Made by a program: the position numbers and the translations under genes
IMG/VR virus record: IMGVR_UViG_3300018839_000001
Strand: one strand, 5' to 3'
Source: a virus
Taxonomy: Duplodnaviria; Heunggongvirae; Uroviricota; Caudoviricetes
Length of the DNA: 64,000 nucleotides
Notes under the pieces: model-generated
Databases searched by the model: none
The model's input: the letters and a program-made list of their open reading frames with translations, nothing else
What the model was told of the DNA's origin: nothing
Part shown: piece after piece, positions 18,453-27,341 of the stretch
Layout: each line of letters begins with the position of its first letter
Position numbering within the stretch: the stretch's first letter is position 1

Positions 18453-18629
18453 TAATCGTAAATTGCCTCTTCTTTTAAAAGCTTTTTAATGTGAGACAGT
18501 AGCTCAATTTCAATGTTCGCTTTTCTTACTCCGCGATCCACAAGCTGTGGCACATGAATATCAAGCTGTGTTTTTAGAGAATTTAAAATCTCCAAGTCCT
18601 CTTCATTTAATAGGTATCTGTTTTCCATG
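18453..18629 (-). CDS. small hypothetical protein (~58 aa), first gene of the RNA-repair operon
   Basis: RBS AGGAG + 8 nt + ATG. MENRYLLNEEDLEILNSLKTQLDIHVPQLVDRG…. Confidence 0.35.
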
Positions 18630-18659
18630 TGTTTTCTCCTGCATAAAATCCCTATTTTA

Positions 18660-18700
18660 TTAAATATAATCTTCTTAATATATTTCGCAATATAAGCGAA
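18660..18700 (-). promoter_or_regulatory. sigma-A promoter (TTGCGA-16-TATATT) overlapped by TTCGC-N7-GCGAA inverted repeat
   Basis: The only promoter-like site upstream of the 18629..13523 operon. No SPBRE here. Confidence 0.45.
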
Positions 18701-18710
18701 GTGCGAATGT

Positions 18711-19019
18711 CTATCTTAGATATTCTTTAATTGTTTTTAAACTAATCATTCCGTCTTCATTTGCCATTTCGGTCATATCTTCTAGTGCATGTTTTTTATA
18801 GATATAGTTATCATTTAACGATGCAATTACAGCACTTGCTTTTGTTAATGGTTGAGTTAAACCTGACACTTCTTCATATACTTTAGGCGCTTCATTCAAT
18901 AAAATTCTGTAATCTGCTAATTCACGTTGTACTTGGTCAAGAATTAACTCACCATTTTTATCTTCAACAATATCTTTCCAAAAATTCTGATATACTTCTT
19001 TATAATCCATTCTCATCAC
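18711..19019 (-). CDS. hypothetical protein
   Basis: Track ORF, 102 aa. Confidence 0.45.
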   Translation of the reverse strand: MMRMDYKEVYQNFWKDIVEDKNGELILDQVQRELADYRILLNEAPKVYEEVSGLTQPLTKASAVIASLNDNYIYKKHALEDMTEMANEDGMISLKTIKEYLR

Positions 19020-19061
19020 CTTTCTCTACTTCACAATTTTTCAACTGTATCAAAATGGCAC

Positions 19062-19244
19062 TTAAACAATCTTTGATTGAAGAATACTCTGTTTCATCAA
19101 TTCCATCATTTCGATTTTTTTCTTATGTATATCTTTACAAATTCTATTAATCTCAAGCTTTACGTCACTTGACTGACCCATTAATTTTTCTAAGTATGTT
19201 TTCTTTTTAAATAAAGCCCTTAATTCATCTTTAAGTTGATTCAT
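19062..19244 (-). CDS. hypothetical small protein
   Basis: Track ORF, 60 aa. Confidence 0.35.
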   Translation of the reverse strand: MNQLKDELRALFKKKTYLEKLMGQSSDVKLEINRICKDIHKKKIEMMELMKQSILQSKIV

Positions 19245-19254
19245 CTTAAGCCCC

Positions 19255-19806
19255 CTAAGAATATTGATTAATAATGTTTAAAATAATTTGCACTGTTTTC
19301 CTCAAGCCTTTACCTCGAACATTTTTGACCACATAATCAAAATTATCTCTATTCTTCATTTCATTTTCATAAGTTTCAATTCGTGATAAGGACTGTTCAA
19401 TGGTGTCACCTCTTAGAAGCATATTCGCTAGGCAATCCTCCTTGCTCATGTGTAGGAAGATCCCAACTGCATCTGGATATACTTCTTTTAATTGTTTATA
19501 TCCATGATAATCAGCGATTATATATGCATGGTTATATTTCTTCATAACAGTTTCAATTTGATGCTTGGTTATCCCATAGTAGTGACTTCCATAGACAACA
19601 TGTTCGACAAATTCACCATCATTCATTGCAGAAGTAAACTCTTTTTCTGTAAGAAAATAGTACGACTCGCCATCCACCTCACCTTTTCTTATAGGTCTAG
19701 TTGTTGTAGAGATACACTCTCCGATCATTTCAGTATGATTTTTAATTTCGTTCATAATCGTGGTCTTGCCAGCTCCACTTGGAGCTGTAATTATAAACAG
19801 TGCCAT
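19255..19806 (-). CDS. gmk: guanylate kinase
   Basis: P-loop APSGAGKTT. Gmk signature STTTRPIRKGEVDGESYYF. Confidence 0.8.
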   Translation of the reverse strand: MALFIITAPSGAGKTTIMNEIKNHTEMIGECISTTTRPIRKGEVDGESYYFLTEKEFTSAMNDGEFVEHVVYGSHYYGITKHQIETVMKKYNHAYIIADYHGYKQLKEVYPDAVGIFLHMSKEDCLANMLLRGDTIEQSLSRIETYENEMKNRDNFDYVVKNVRGKGLRKTVQIILNIINQYS

Positions 19807-19844
19807 TTAAAAACCTCCTTTAAATATTTTATTTACTTATACTA

Positions 19845-19876
19845 TTATTATAACATTATTAATTAGTTTAGTCAAT
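19845..19876 (-). promoter_or_regulatory. SPBRE-type promoter (TTGACT-17-TATAAT)
   Basis: TATTATAACATTATTAATTAGTTTAGTCAA. Confidence 0.65.
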
Positions 19877-20165
19877 TTCTATTTTTCTTTTTCGATTTTT
19901 TAGACATTCTCTTCCGAGCTTTCTCTTTCTTCTTATTGCGCTTCGGGTTTGTTTTACTAATAGAAGGTGTTTTAATTGACTTTACTTTTGCAAAAACCTC
20001 TTGGAGTGCTTGATTCACTTCCTCTGGTGTCATCCGTTCTTCATTTGCAACCTCGTAGACAATCTCATCTATGGATTTATTTGATACTTCATCAATAACT
20101 TCTTCATCTGACAATAACTTATTAATATCCTTATATAAATCGTTCATGTTATTTATCCTCTCCAA
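19872..20165 (-). CDS. hypothetical protein (Lys-rich C-terminus)
   Basis: Track ORF, 97 aa. Confidence 0.4.
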   Translation of the reverse strand: MERINNMNDLYKDINKLLSDEEVIDEVSNKSIDEIVYEVANEERMTPEEVNQALQEVFAKVKSIKTPSISKTNPKRNKKKEKARKRMSKKSKKKNRN

Positions 20166-20436
20166 TCCTTTTAATCATATTTTCAATTTCTTCATCACTA
20201 AAATGTTGTGTTAAAATACTGCGAAGAATATTATTCTGCTCTAAAATCAATTCGTGTTCTTTAATTATCTGTAGCGAAGCCCTTGCTAATTTATCAACCT
20301 TAACCTCTCTGTCCTCAGATGCTTTAAGGATGTTCATATACTTTTTTTCATAAAAATGAACTCTGATCTCTGAGAACGCTCCTATGAACACCACTAAAGC
20401 TGACGCACAAATTAAAATTGTTACAGGTGATGGCAT
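20149..20436 (-). CDS. small membrane protein
   Basis: N-terminal TM (MPSPVTILICASALVVFIGAF). Confidence 0.4.
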   Translation of the reverse strand: MPSPVTILICASALVVFIGAFSEIRVHFYEKKYMNILKASEDREVKVDKLARASLQIIKEHELILEQNNILRSILTQHFSDEEIENMIKRIGEDK

Positions 20437-20453
20437 ATTATTATCTCCTTTTT

Positions 20454-20490
20454 AAAAAATAGAGAGTGAAATTTCACTCTCTATTTTTTA
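20454..20490. terminator. bidirectional Rho-independent terminator
   Basis: Perfect hairpin AUAGAGAGUGAAAUUUCACUCUCUAU flanked by A- and U-runs. Confidence 0.8.
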
Positions 20491-20491
20491 T

Positions 20492-21250
20492 TTATTTTCC
20501 TGTAGAACCCCAACCACCAATTCCACGTGTGCTAGGTTTTTTAATTAACTCTTCATATGAAATATGTTCATCTTCTGCATCAGACTGTTTTAAGACAACA
20601 GCTTGAGCAATTGCTTTAGAGTACGGTACAAAATATGTATTTGTTTTTTTATCATGGAAAAGTTCGTCCACTTCACTTGAGATAACTACATCCCCGATCA
20701 ATGGGACTACTTGCAAAATAACTTCTCCTATATATGTCGCATCAATCAGTCCGCTTACATTAACCATTCCAATCGATCCGATTGATGAGCGTTCGTGTTT
20801 TAGGGATAACACATCTTCAAGATTTAGGTATGAGGCAAATCCCAAAGGGATTTTAGCTAATGTTAATTGTGGGATATGTAATTCGTAAATCTCTTTACCT
20901 TCACGAACAATTGGTTCTAATCTTGCATAGCAATCCCTACCACCATTTTCTTTATCTTTCGTAGGAATTACCCCTCCCTTAACTGATGCGAAGTATGTAA
21001 CCTTTTTATTTTTTTGCTTTCTTGATTTTAAGAATTTTTCTTTTGCTTTATATTTCAGCTTGTCGATCTCCCACATTTTTAACGTTTTTTCTTTTGTTGC
21101 ATTCTTATCAAGTTTAATTTCAACTTTTACCTCAAGAGAGTTTAGATCGATAGAGAGGACTTTCGCCTCTGTCTTTTCTTTAATAACCCAAACAATTTCT
21201 CCTACATTATAATAGCGTCTTTTCCCTTTTTCCATGTTCATTCTCCTCAT
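20492..21250 (-). CDS. dut: dUTPase with ~100-aa N-terminal extension
   Basis: dUTPase motifs GLIDATYIGEV and C-terminal TRGIGGWGSTG. The N-terminal 100 aa have no dUTPase homology. Confidence 0.75.
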   Translation of the reverse strand: MRRMNMEKGKRRYYNVGEIVWVIKEKTEAKVLSIDLNSLEVKVEIKLDKNATKEKTLKMWEIDKLKYKAKEKFLKSRKQKNKKVTYFASVKGGVIPTKDKENGGRDCYARLEPIVREGKEIYELHIPQLTLAKIPLGFASYLNLEDVLSLKHERSSIGSIGMVNVSGLIDATYIGEVILQVVPLIGDVVISSEVDELFHDKKTNTYFVPYSKAIAQAVVLKQSDAEDEHISYEELIKKPSTRGIGGWGSTGK

Positions 21251-21259
21251 TAATGTATT

Positions 21260-21286
21260 TTATCATTATTAATTAGTTTAATAATC
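21260..21286 (-). promoter_or_regulatory. SPBRE-like element upstream of dut
   Basis: TATCATTATTAATTAGTTTAATAATCG. Confidence 0.6.
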
Positions 21287-22246
21287 GTAATCGGAATCTC
21301 TCATATCTTCTACAACTGACATCAGGTATCCATTTCCGACTGCACTAAAGAAATCATGATTTGTTGTAGTAGTTGAAAGACCATTAATGACTATTGGATT
21401 TACATCATCCGCAGTATCAGGGAATAATGGAGACAATCCTAGATTCATCAAAGCTTTGTTCGCATTATATCTTAGAAATACTTTGACATCCTCAGTCCAT
21501 CCAATTTTGTCATATAGGTATTCTGTGTATTTACATTCATTTTCGTAAAGGGTATATAATAAATTATATGCCCAAGATTTTAATTCTTCTTTTTCTTGAT
21601 CAGACAATTTATTGAATCCTACTTTGAACTTATATCCAATGTAAGCTCCATGTGCTGATTCATCGCGAATGATTAGCTTGATTACCTCAGCCACATTAAT
21701 TAACTTCCCTCTTCCCATATAATAAAGAGGTGTGTAAAATCCTGAGTAAAATAGGAATGATTCTAGAAAAACACTTGCAACTTTCTTTTGCAAAGGACTT
21801 CCATTATGATATACCTCTCTGATAATAGAAGCTTTCTTTTGTAGGTATTCATTGTTTTCTGCCCATTCAAAAATCTCACGAATTTCTTTTGGAGTATTTA
21901 AAGTGCTGAAAATAGAAGAGTAACTTTTTGCATGCTCAGATTCCATAAACGCTATATTGTTATAAACCGCTCTTTCATGTTGAGTGATCGCATCTTTTTT
22001 GATTGCGTCAATTCCGTCTTCTGATTGCAAAGTGTCTAATCCTGTTAATCCTCCAAACACTTTACCGACTAGCTCTTGTTCAATTTCAGAGAGCAAACTC
22101 CAATCTTTCTTGTCTTTTCCGACAGGCATACGATTTGCCAGCCAGAATTGACTAGCAAGTTGTTCATAAGCTTTCTTATCTAACATATCCTCAACAGCGT
22201 TCCAGTTAATTGGTTTGAGGACATTGATCGCCTTTTCATTATTCAT
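21278..22246 (-). CDS. nrdF: ribonucleotide reductase class Ib beta subunit
   Basis: Ferritin-like di-iron ligand motifs (…ESFLFYSGFYTPLYY…DESAHGAYIGYKF…). Confidence 0.9.
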   Translation of the reverse strand: MNNEKAINVLKPINWNAVEDMLDKKAYEQLASQFWLANRMPVGKDKKDWSLLSEIEQELVGKVFGGLTGLDTLQSEDGIDAIKKDAITQHERAVYNNIAFMESEHAKSYSSIFSTLNTPKEIREIFEWAENNEYLQKKASIIREVYHNGSPLQKKVASVFLESFLFYSGFYTPLYYMGRGKLINVAEVIKLIIRDESAHGAYIGYKFKVGFNKLSDQEKEELKSWAYNLLYTLYENECKYTEYLYDKIGWTEDVKVFLRYNANKALMNLGLSPLFPDTADDVNPIVINGLSTTTTNHDFFSAVGNGYLMSVVEDMRDSDYDY

Positions 22247-22264
22247 CTTTAAAACACTTCCTCC

Positions 22265-24451
22265 TTAAATTGAGCAACTTTCACATTCATTAGCTCCGAT
22301 CATATCTCCATCATCAGTGAATGTTCTAATGTAATAAACTGATTTGATACCTTTTTTCCACGCATAGTTTCTAAGAATACTTAAATCACGAGTAGTTTTC
22401 TTAGTAGGGTAATCGCTATCAGCTTTCCATTCATACATGCCTTCTGGAAGCTCTTCTCTAAAGAACAGAGTCATGCTCATGCCCTGATCAACATGTTTTT
22501 GTGCTACTGCATATGTATCAATAATCTTGCGTTGATCAATGTCATAGGCTGTTTTATAATAAGGAATCGTGTCATCAGAAAGATATGGAACTGGATAATA
22601 TACTTTACCTCGTTTGCCTTCGGTTCTCTCCTCAATCCGCTGAGTAATTGGGTGAATTGAGGCTGTTGCTTCATTAATGTATGAAATAGAGCCTGTTGGT
22701 GCAGTTGCCAATCTATATGCATTATAAAGTCCATATCTCATAACATTTTCTTTAAGTCTTTTCCAGTCTTGATGTTTAGGAATAAAGATTCCCTCAAATA
22801 GTTTTTTAACTTTTTCATGCTTAAATTCGCAATCAGGAGCGCTTAAGTACATATCAAAATAAGTTCCATCTGCATATTTTGATTTTTCAAATTCAAAAAA
22901 TGTCTCTCCTCTTTCGCGAGCAATATCATTACTTTCAACAAGAGTCCAAAAGTTTAATAGCATAAAATAAATGTCTGTAAACTCTAGAGCTTCTGGAGAG
23001 CCATATTCAATATGATTTTTTGCTAGATAACCATGAAGGTTCATAGCTCCAAGGCCAACAGAATGATATCTGTCATTCCCATTTTTCACTGTCGGTACAG
23101 AATCGATATTTGAATTATCACTAACGTAAGTTAGTGCGCGTAACATTGTCCTAACCGATTTCCCAAAGTTCGGTGACTCCATGAGCTTTACAACATTGGT
23201 CGATCCTAAATTACAACTGATGTCACTTCCTAGAATCTCGTATGTTTGATCATCTCTGATGATCGAATCTTTCATAATTTGGAAAATTTCCGTGCATAGG
23301 TTAGACATAATAATCTTTCCATTAATAGGATTCGCATTATTGGCCGTATCAATATTGATTATGTATGGGTAGCCGCTCTCATTCTGCAAGTTGCTAATCT
23401 CTGTTTCAAGCTCACGTGCCTTAATTTTAGTTTTTCTAATTTCAGGGTTGTTGACCATGTTGTCATACTCTTTCGTGATATCAACATATGAGAATGGAAC
23501 ACCATAAGCTTTTTCTACATCATGTGGAGAAAAGAGATACATATATTCATTTTTTTTGATAAGTTCATAGTATTTGTCTGGAACAACCAAGCCGAGCGAT
23601 AGCGTTTTAATTCGAACTTTCTCATCAGCATTTTCTTTTCGAACTGCTAAGAAGTCTACAACATCTGGATGGAAGATATTGAGATAGACTACACCAGCTC
23701 CATCTCTTGCTCCACCTTGGTTTGCGTACGAAAAAGCATCTTCAAAGAGTTTCATGATAGGAACTACTCCGTCGGCCAATCCATAAATCCCTTTAATCGG
23801 GTCATTATTTGCTCTGATGTTGGATAGATTTATTCCAACTCCTCCACCTCGTTTAGACAGTTGCAAAGCTGAATTAATTGATCGACCAATGCTGTTCATA
23901 TCATCTGACAAAGTTAGCAAGAAGCAAGAAACCATTTCTCCTGCCCTCTCTTTACCAATGTTTAAAAATGTAGGTGTTGCAGGTTGATATCGCTGATTAA
24001 TCATTTCATCTGCCAAATCCATTGCAAAATGTTCATCACCGTTAGCTATTGCTAATGCAGTGAAAGCAATTCTGTCTTCAAATCTTTCTAAGAATCTTTC
24101 TTTATCATTGGTTTTCATTGCATATTGTTGATAGAATTTATAAGCTCCCATAAAGCTACGGAATCTAAATTTGTGATTATACAATTTCTTGAATAATCGC
24201 TTAATAAACTTTCTGCTATACTTGTTCAAAATATCGTCTTTTATGTATTTATTCTCAACTAAGTAATCAAGCTTTTCATCAAGTGTATGAAAAAACACTG
24301 TATTTGGGTTTACATGCTCTAGAAAGTATGCTCTTGCGGCTTCTCTATCTTTCTCAAGTTGAATCTTCCCATCTTTAGGGATGTTTAATAAGTTATTTAA
24401 AGTAAAATAACTATCGTCTTTAACTTTCTTTGTTAATTTCGGTGACTCCAA
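22265..24451 (-). CDS. nrdE: ribonucleotide reductase class Ib alpha subunit
   Basis: 728 aa. Catalytic NLCTEI, C-terminal CESCS redox tail. Length argues against an intein. Confidence 0.95.
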   Translation of the reverse strand: MESPKLTKKVKDDSYFTLNNLLNIPKDGKIQLEKDREAARAYFLEHVNPNTVFFHTLDEKLDYLVENKYIKDDILNKYSRKFIKRLFKKLYNHKFRFRSFMGAYKFYQQYAMKTNDKERFLERFEDRIAFTALAIANGDEHFAMDLADEMINQRYQPATPTFLNIGKERAGEMVSCFLLTLSDDMNSIGRSINSALQLSKRGGGVGINLSNIRANNDPIKGIYGLADGVVPIMKLFEDAFSYANQGGARDGAGVVYLNIFHPDVVDFLAVRKENADEKVRIKTLSLGLVVPDKYYELIKKNEYMYLFSPHDVEKAYGVPFSYVDITKEYDNMVNNPEIRKTKIKARELETEISNLQNESGYPYIINIDTANNANPINGKIIMSNLCTEIFQIMKDSIIRDDQTYEILGSDISCNLGSTNVVKLMESPNFGKSVRTMLRALTYVSDNSNIDSVPTVKNGNDRYHSVGLGAMNLHGYLAKNHIEYGSPEALEFTDIYFMLLNFWTLVESNDIARERGETFFEFEKSKYADGTYFDMYLSAPDCEFKHEKVKKLFEGIFIPKHQDWKRLKENVMRYGLYNAYRLATAPTGSISYINEATASIHPITQRIEERTEGKRGKVYYPVPYLSDDTIPYYKTAYDIDQRKIIDTYAVAQKHVDQGMSMTLFFREELPEGMYEWKADSDYPTKKTTRDLSILRNYAWKKGIKSVYYIRTFTDDGDMIGANECESCSI

Positions 24452-24809
24452 ATTCTTGCACTTCCTTTTTAAAATCAGTTATGTCTTTTTCTGTACCACT
24501 AAATTCAAACTTGAATATCAATGGTTTACTGTATTTGTTTGAAAGGTCTCTAGCATTAAAACAATACTCATCATCAAAATTCCTATTTCCACTGCCAACA
24601 AACCCAATCAAGTGTTTTAAGTTATCTTTATACTCGATAAACTCACTTATAACATCTGTCAAATCATCATCATATGAGGGAGTTACCACAATATAATCTT
24701 CGTCAACCTCTGTTAGAGGATTGGAGTAATCTAATTCAAGACTATCCATTCCAACCCTGCCAACAAAGTCTCTAACATTGCCTGTTAGTGAAACAAAAAC
24801 TAACAACAT
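24420..24809 (-). CDS. nrdI: NrdI flavodoxin-like protein
   Basis: VFVSLTGNVRDFV is NrdI-like. Operon position. Confidence 0.8.
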   Translation of the reverse strand: MLLVFVSLTGNVRDFVGRVGMDSLELDYSNPLTEVDEDYIVVTPSYDDDLTDVISEFIEYKDNLKHLIGFVGSGNRNFDDEYCFNARDLSNKYSKPLIFKFEFSGTEKDITDFKKEVQEFGVTEINKES

Positions 24810-25051
24810 TATTTTTTAAGTTCTTCTAATTTATCTGGTCTAAAACCTGTGAATGGCTCTTCTCCCTCTACAACCACAACAGGCATAGCTGTTAAGCCTA
24901 AAGTATGTTTAACATACTCCAATGCTTTTTCATCTTCTTCTACATTAATAGATGTAAATTCAATTTCCTCACCAGTTAAAAATCTTTTTGTCATTTCACA
25001 TTGCGGGCATCCGTTTTTCGTATAAACCATTACCTTTTTCAAATAAATCAA
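24809..25051 (-). CDS. nrdH: NrdH-type glutaredoxin-like protein
   Basis: CPQC redox motif. Operon position. Confidence 0.75.
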   Translation of the reverse strand: MIYLKKVMVYTKNGCPQCEMTKRFLTGEEIEFTSINVEEDEKALEYVKHTLGLTAMPVVVVEGEEPFTGFRPDKLEELKK

Positions 25052-25060
25052 ACTCCTTTA

Positions 25061-25084
25061 TCATTATTAATTAGTTTAGTTGTT
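25061..25084 (-). promoter_or_regulatory. SPBRE-like element (proximal copy) upstream of nrdH
   Basis: TCATTATTAATTAGTTTAGT. Confidence 0.6.
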
Positions 25085-25140
25085 TTAAAAATCATTTAAA
25101 CTTCATTGGCTTAGACGACCTCCTATTCAACATGTTACAA

Positions 25141-25177
25141 TTATTATAATATCATTATTAATTAGTTTTGTCAAGCG
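25141..25177 (-). promoter_or_regulatory. SPBRE-type promoter (distal copy; TTGACA-17-TATTAT/TATAAT)
   Basis: TTATTATAATATCATTATTAATTAGTTTTGTCAAGCG. Confidence 0.65.
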
Positions 25178-27329
25178 TTAATAAAATATCTGAAAAATCT
25201 TCCTTACGAAGATACTTTCCAACTCCGGCATTTGTAGTTCGGTAATATTCTGCCTCTTCACACTTGTCTTTTAGTAAATAATACGCCTCGGCAATACTAT
25301 CATTCTTTGATTTTAACACTTGAACACCTATTGTAGTCTTGCTGGTTTTTGAATTAATCATTGATGTATTAAATACTAAAGCCTTTCCAATTGAAGAAAC
25401 CGCCAAAATATCAATATCTTCTCTAATGTGCTCAAAGAAAATGGCTGTTTTATCTGCATAAGCTTTAGTAAGCATCTTTCTATTTTGTTTAGTTTGGTAT
25501 GCGGAAAGATCAATTTTTGCAACCTTCCCGTCCTCAAACCCAACAATTAGATACCCGTCATAATCATTAGTCACTGCTACAAAAAGAACGTTTTCTTCTT
25601 TTAATTCTAATAATGACGGTAAATACTCTCCTAAGCTAGATGGTTTGTGGTCTTCAATTTCATACATTTTGTGCTTGTACACTCGGTGCTGATCCGTAAA
25701 TACTAAAACTTCCGAGTTATTGGTGGTCTCCACTTCTTTAATAACTTCATCCCCGTCTTTAACTTTAAGCGAGTAATTTCCCCTTAGAGATGTAAGAGGA
25801 ACTTTTTTCAGATAACCATCTTTAGTTATAAAGACTTTTACATTGTAATCATCAACTTCAATTTTATCCGCTTCTATTTTTGGGATATCACTTAGTTGGA
25901 CAACGTTTGACTTTCTTTGCTTCCCGTATAGTTTTTTAACATTGGCCAATTCATCGATAATATACTGAGCCAACCTTTTGCGATTGTTTAAAAGATCGTC
26001 TAAGTTCTCAATTTCACACTTTAGGTTCTCAATATCTTTAATACGATTAATTAGATATTCTTTATTAAGATGTCTTAATTTAATCTCCGCAACAAATTCT
26101 GCCTGCTCTCTATCAATCGAAAACACAGACATAAGTCTTTTGACAACTTCATTATTTGTCTTGGTTTCTCTAATGATTTTGATCGCTTTATCAATATCTA
26201 AAAGAACCTGTTTTAATGCAGACAACAAATGCATTTTAGATTCCTTCTTCTGCTTTTCAAATCTAAATCCACGTTTGATTGTATTTGCTCTAAAAACTAA
26301 CCATTCGTGAATAATTTGCTTTACTCCCAAAACCTTTGGTCTACCATTTACAATGATATTGAAGTTGCATCCGAAAGAAGATTGTAGCGGAGTTAATTTG
26401 AATAACTTTTCTACGAGTAGCTTTTTGTCAATATTGTTTTTAACTGTAACTTCAATACCCTTTGAATTGATTCCGTAAATATCATCCACATCTACAACCT
26501 CTTTAAGTTTTCCTTCTTTAACAAGCTGGGAAATCTTCTCTATGACCGCTTCAAAGGTTGTTGTATAAGGAATGTCCTCAAAAATAATTGAGTTTTTCTC
26601 AAACCTGTATGAAGAACGAATAACCACCGATCCTTTACCAGTATCATAAATTCTCTCAAGTTCACTTTGGTTATACACAATATTTCCGCCCGTAGGAAAG
26701 TCTGGAGCTTTAATATAGTCAGAAACCTTTGTATGTTTTGGATTTTTGATGTATTGAATAGTGTAGTCAATTACCTCATTTAGATTGAATGGTGCAATAC
26801 TTGACGCCATGCCATTCGCAATCCCATTCTGCGGATTCGTTAATATTGATGGGAAAGTTACAGGAAGGTATCTTGGCTCTTTCAGTGTTCCATCATAGTT
26901 ATCGATCATCTCAACGGTATTTTTATCAATGTTTTTAAACAGTTCTTTAGCAATTTCAGTAAGTCTTACCTCAGTATATCGCGCTGATGCGTACTTCATA
27001 TCTCTGGAATACTGCTTCCCGAAGTTACCTTTCGAATCGATAAATGGAATCAAAAGTGCTTCTGCATCTTTAGACATCCTTACAAGTGTCTCATAGATAG
27101 CCGCATCACCATGAGGATGCAAAAACATAGTTTGTCCTACTACACCTTGAGATTTTTTACGGCCGCCCTTTTGTAAGCCCATCTTGTACATGGTGTATAA
27201 TATCCTTCTTTGAGATGGTTTTAACCCATCGATTTCAGGTAAAGCTCTCTCCATAATAACATGCGCGGTATAAGGCATATAATTTTTGGTAAGCGTTTCA
27301 ACAATGTTTTCTTCAATCATGTTAGTCAT
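25158..27329 (-). CDS. type IIA DNA topoisomerase, A (GyrA/ParC-like) subunit
   Basis: N-terminal RALPEIDGLKPSQRRILY…catalytic-Tyr region and the winged-helix/tower organisation of a type IIA A subunit. Confidence 0.85.
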   Translation of the reverse strand: MTNMIEENIVETLTKNYMPYTAHVIMERALPEIDGLKPSQRRILYTMYKMGLQKGGRKKSQGVVGQTMFLHPHGDAAIYETLVRMSKDAEALLIPFIDSKGNFGKQYSRDMKYASARYTEVRLTEIAKELFKNIDKNTVEMIDNYDGTLKEPRYLPVTFPSILTNPQNGIANGMASSIAPFNLNEVIDYTIQYIKNPKHTKVSDYIKAPDFPTGGNIVYNQSELERIYDTGKGSVVIRSSYRFEKNSIIFEDIPYTTTFEAVIEKISQLVKEGKLKEVVDVDDIYGINSKGIEVTVKNNIDKKLLVEKLFKLTPLQSSFGCNFNIIVNGRPKVLGVKQIIHEWLVFRANTIKRGFRFEKQKKESKMHLLSALKQVLLDIDKAIKIIRETKTNNEVVKRLMSVFSIDREQAEFVAEIKLRHLNKEYLINRIKDIENLKCEIENLDDLLNNRKRLAQYIIDELANVKKLYGKQRKSNVVQLSDIPKIEADKIEVDDYNVKVFITKDGYLKKVPLTSLRGNYSLKVKDGDEVIKEVETTNNSEVLVFTDQHRVYKHKMYEIEDHKPSSLGEYLPSLLELKEENVLFVAVTNDYDGYLIVGFEDGKVAKIDLSAYQTKQNRKMLTKAYADKTAIFFEHIREDIDILAVSSIGKALVFNTSMINSKTSKTTIGVQVLKSKNDSIAEAYYLLKDKCEEAEYYRTTNAGVGKYLRKEDFSDILLTLDKTN

Positions 27330-27341
27330 TTACTTCTCCTC

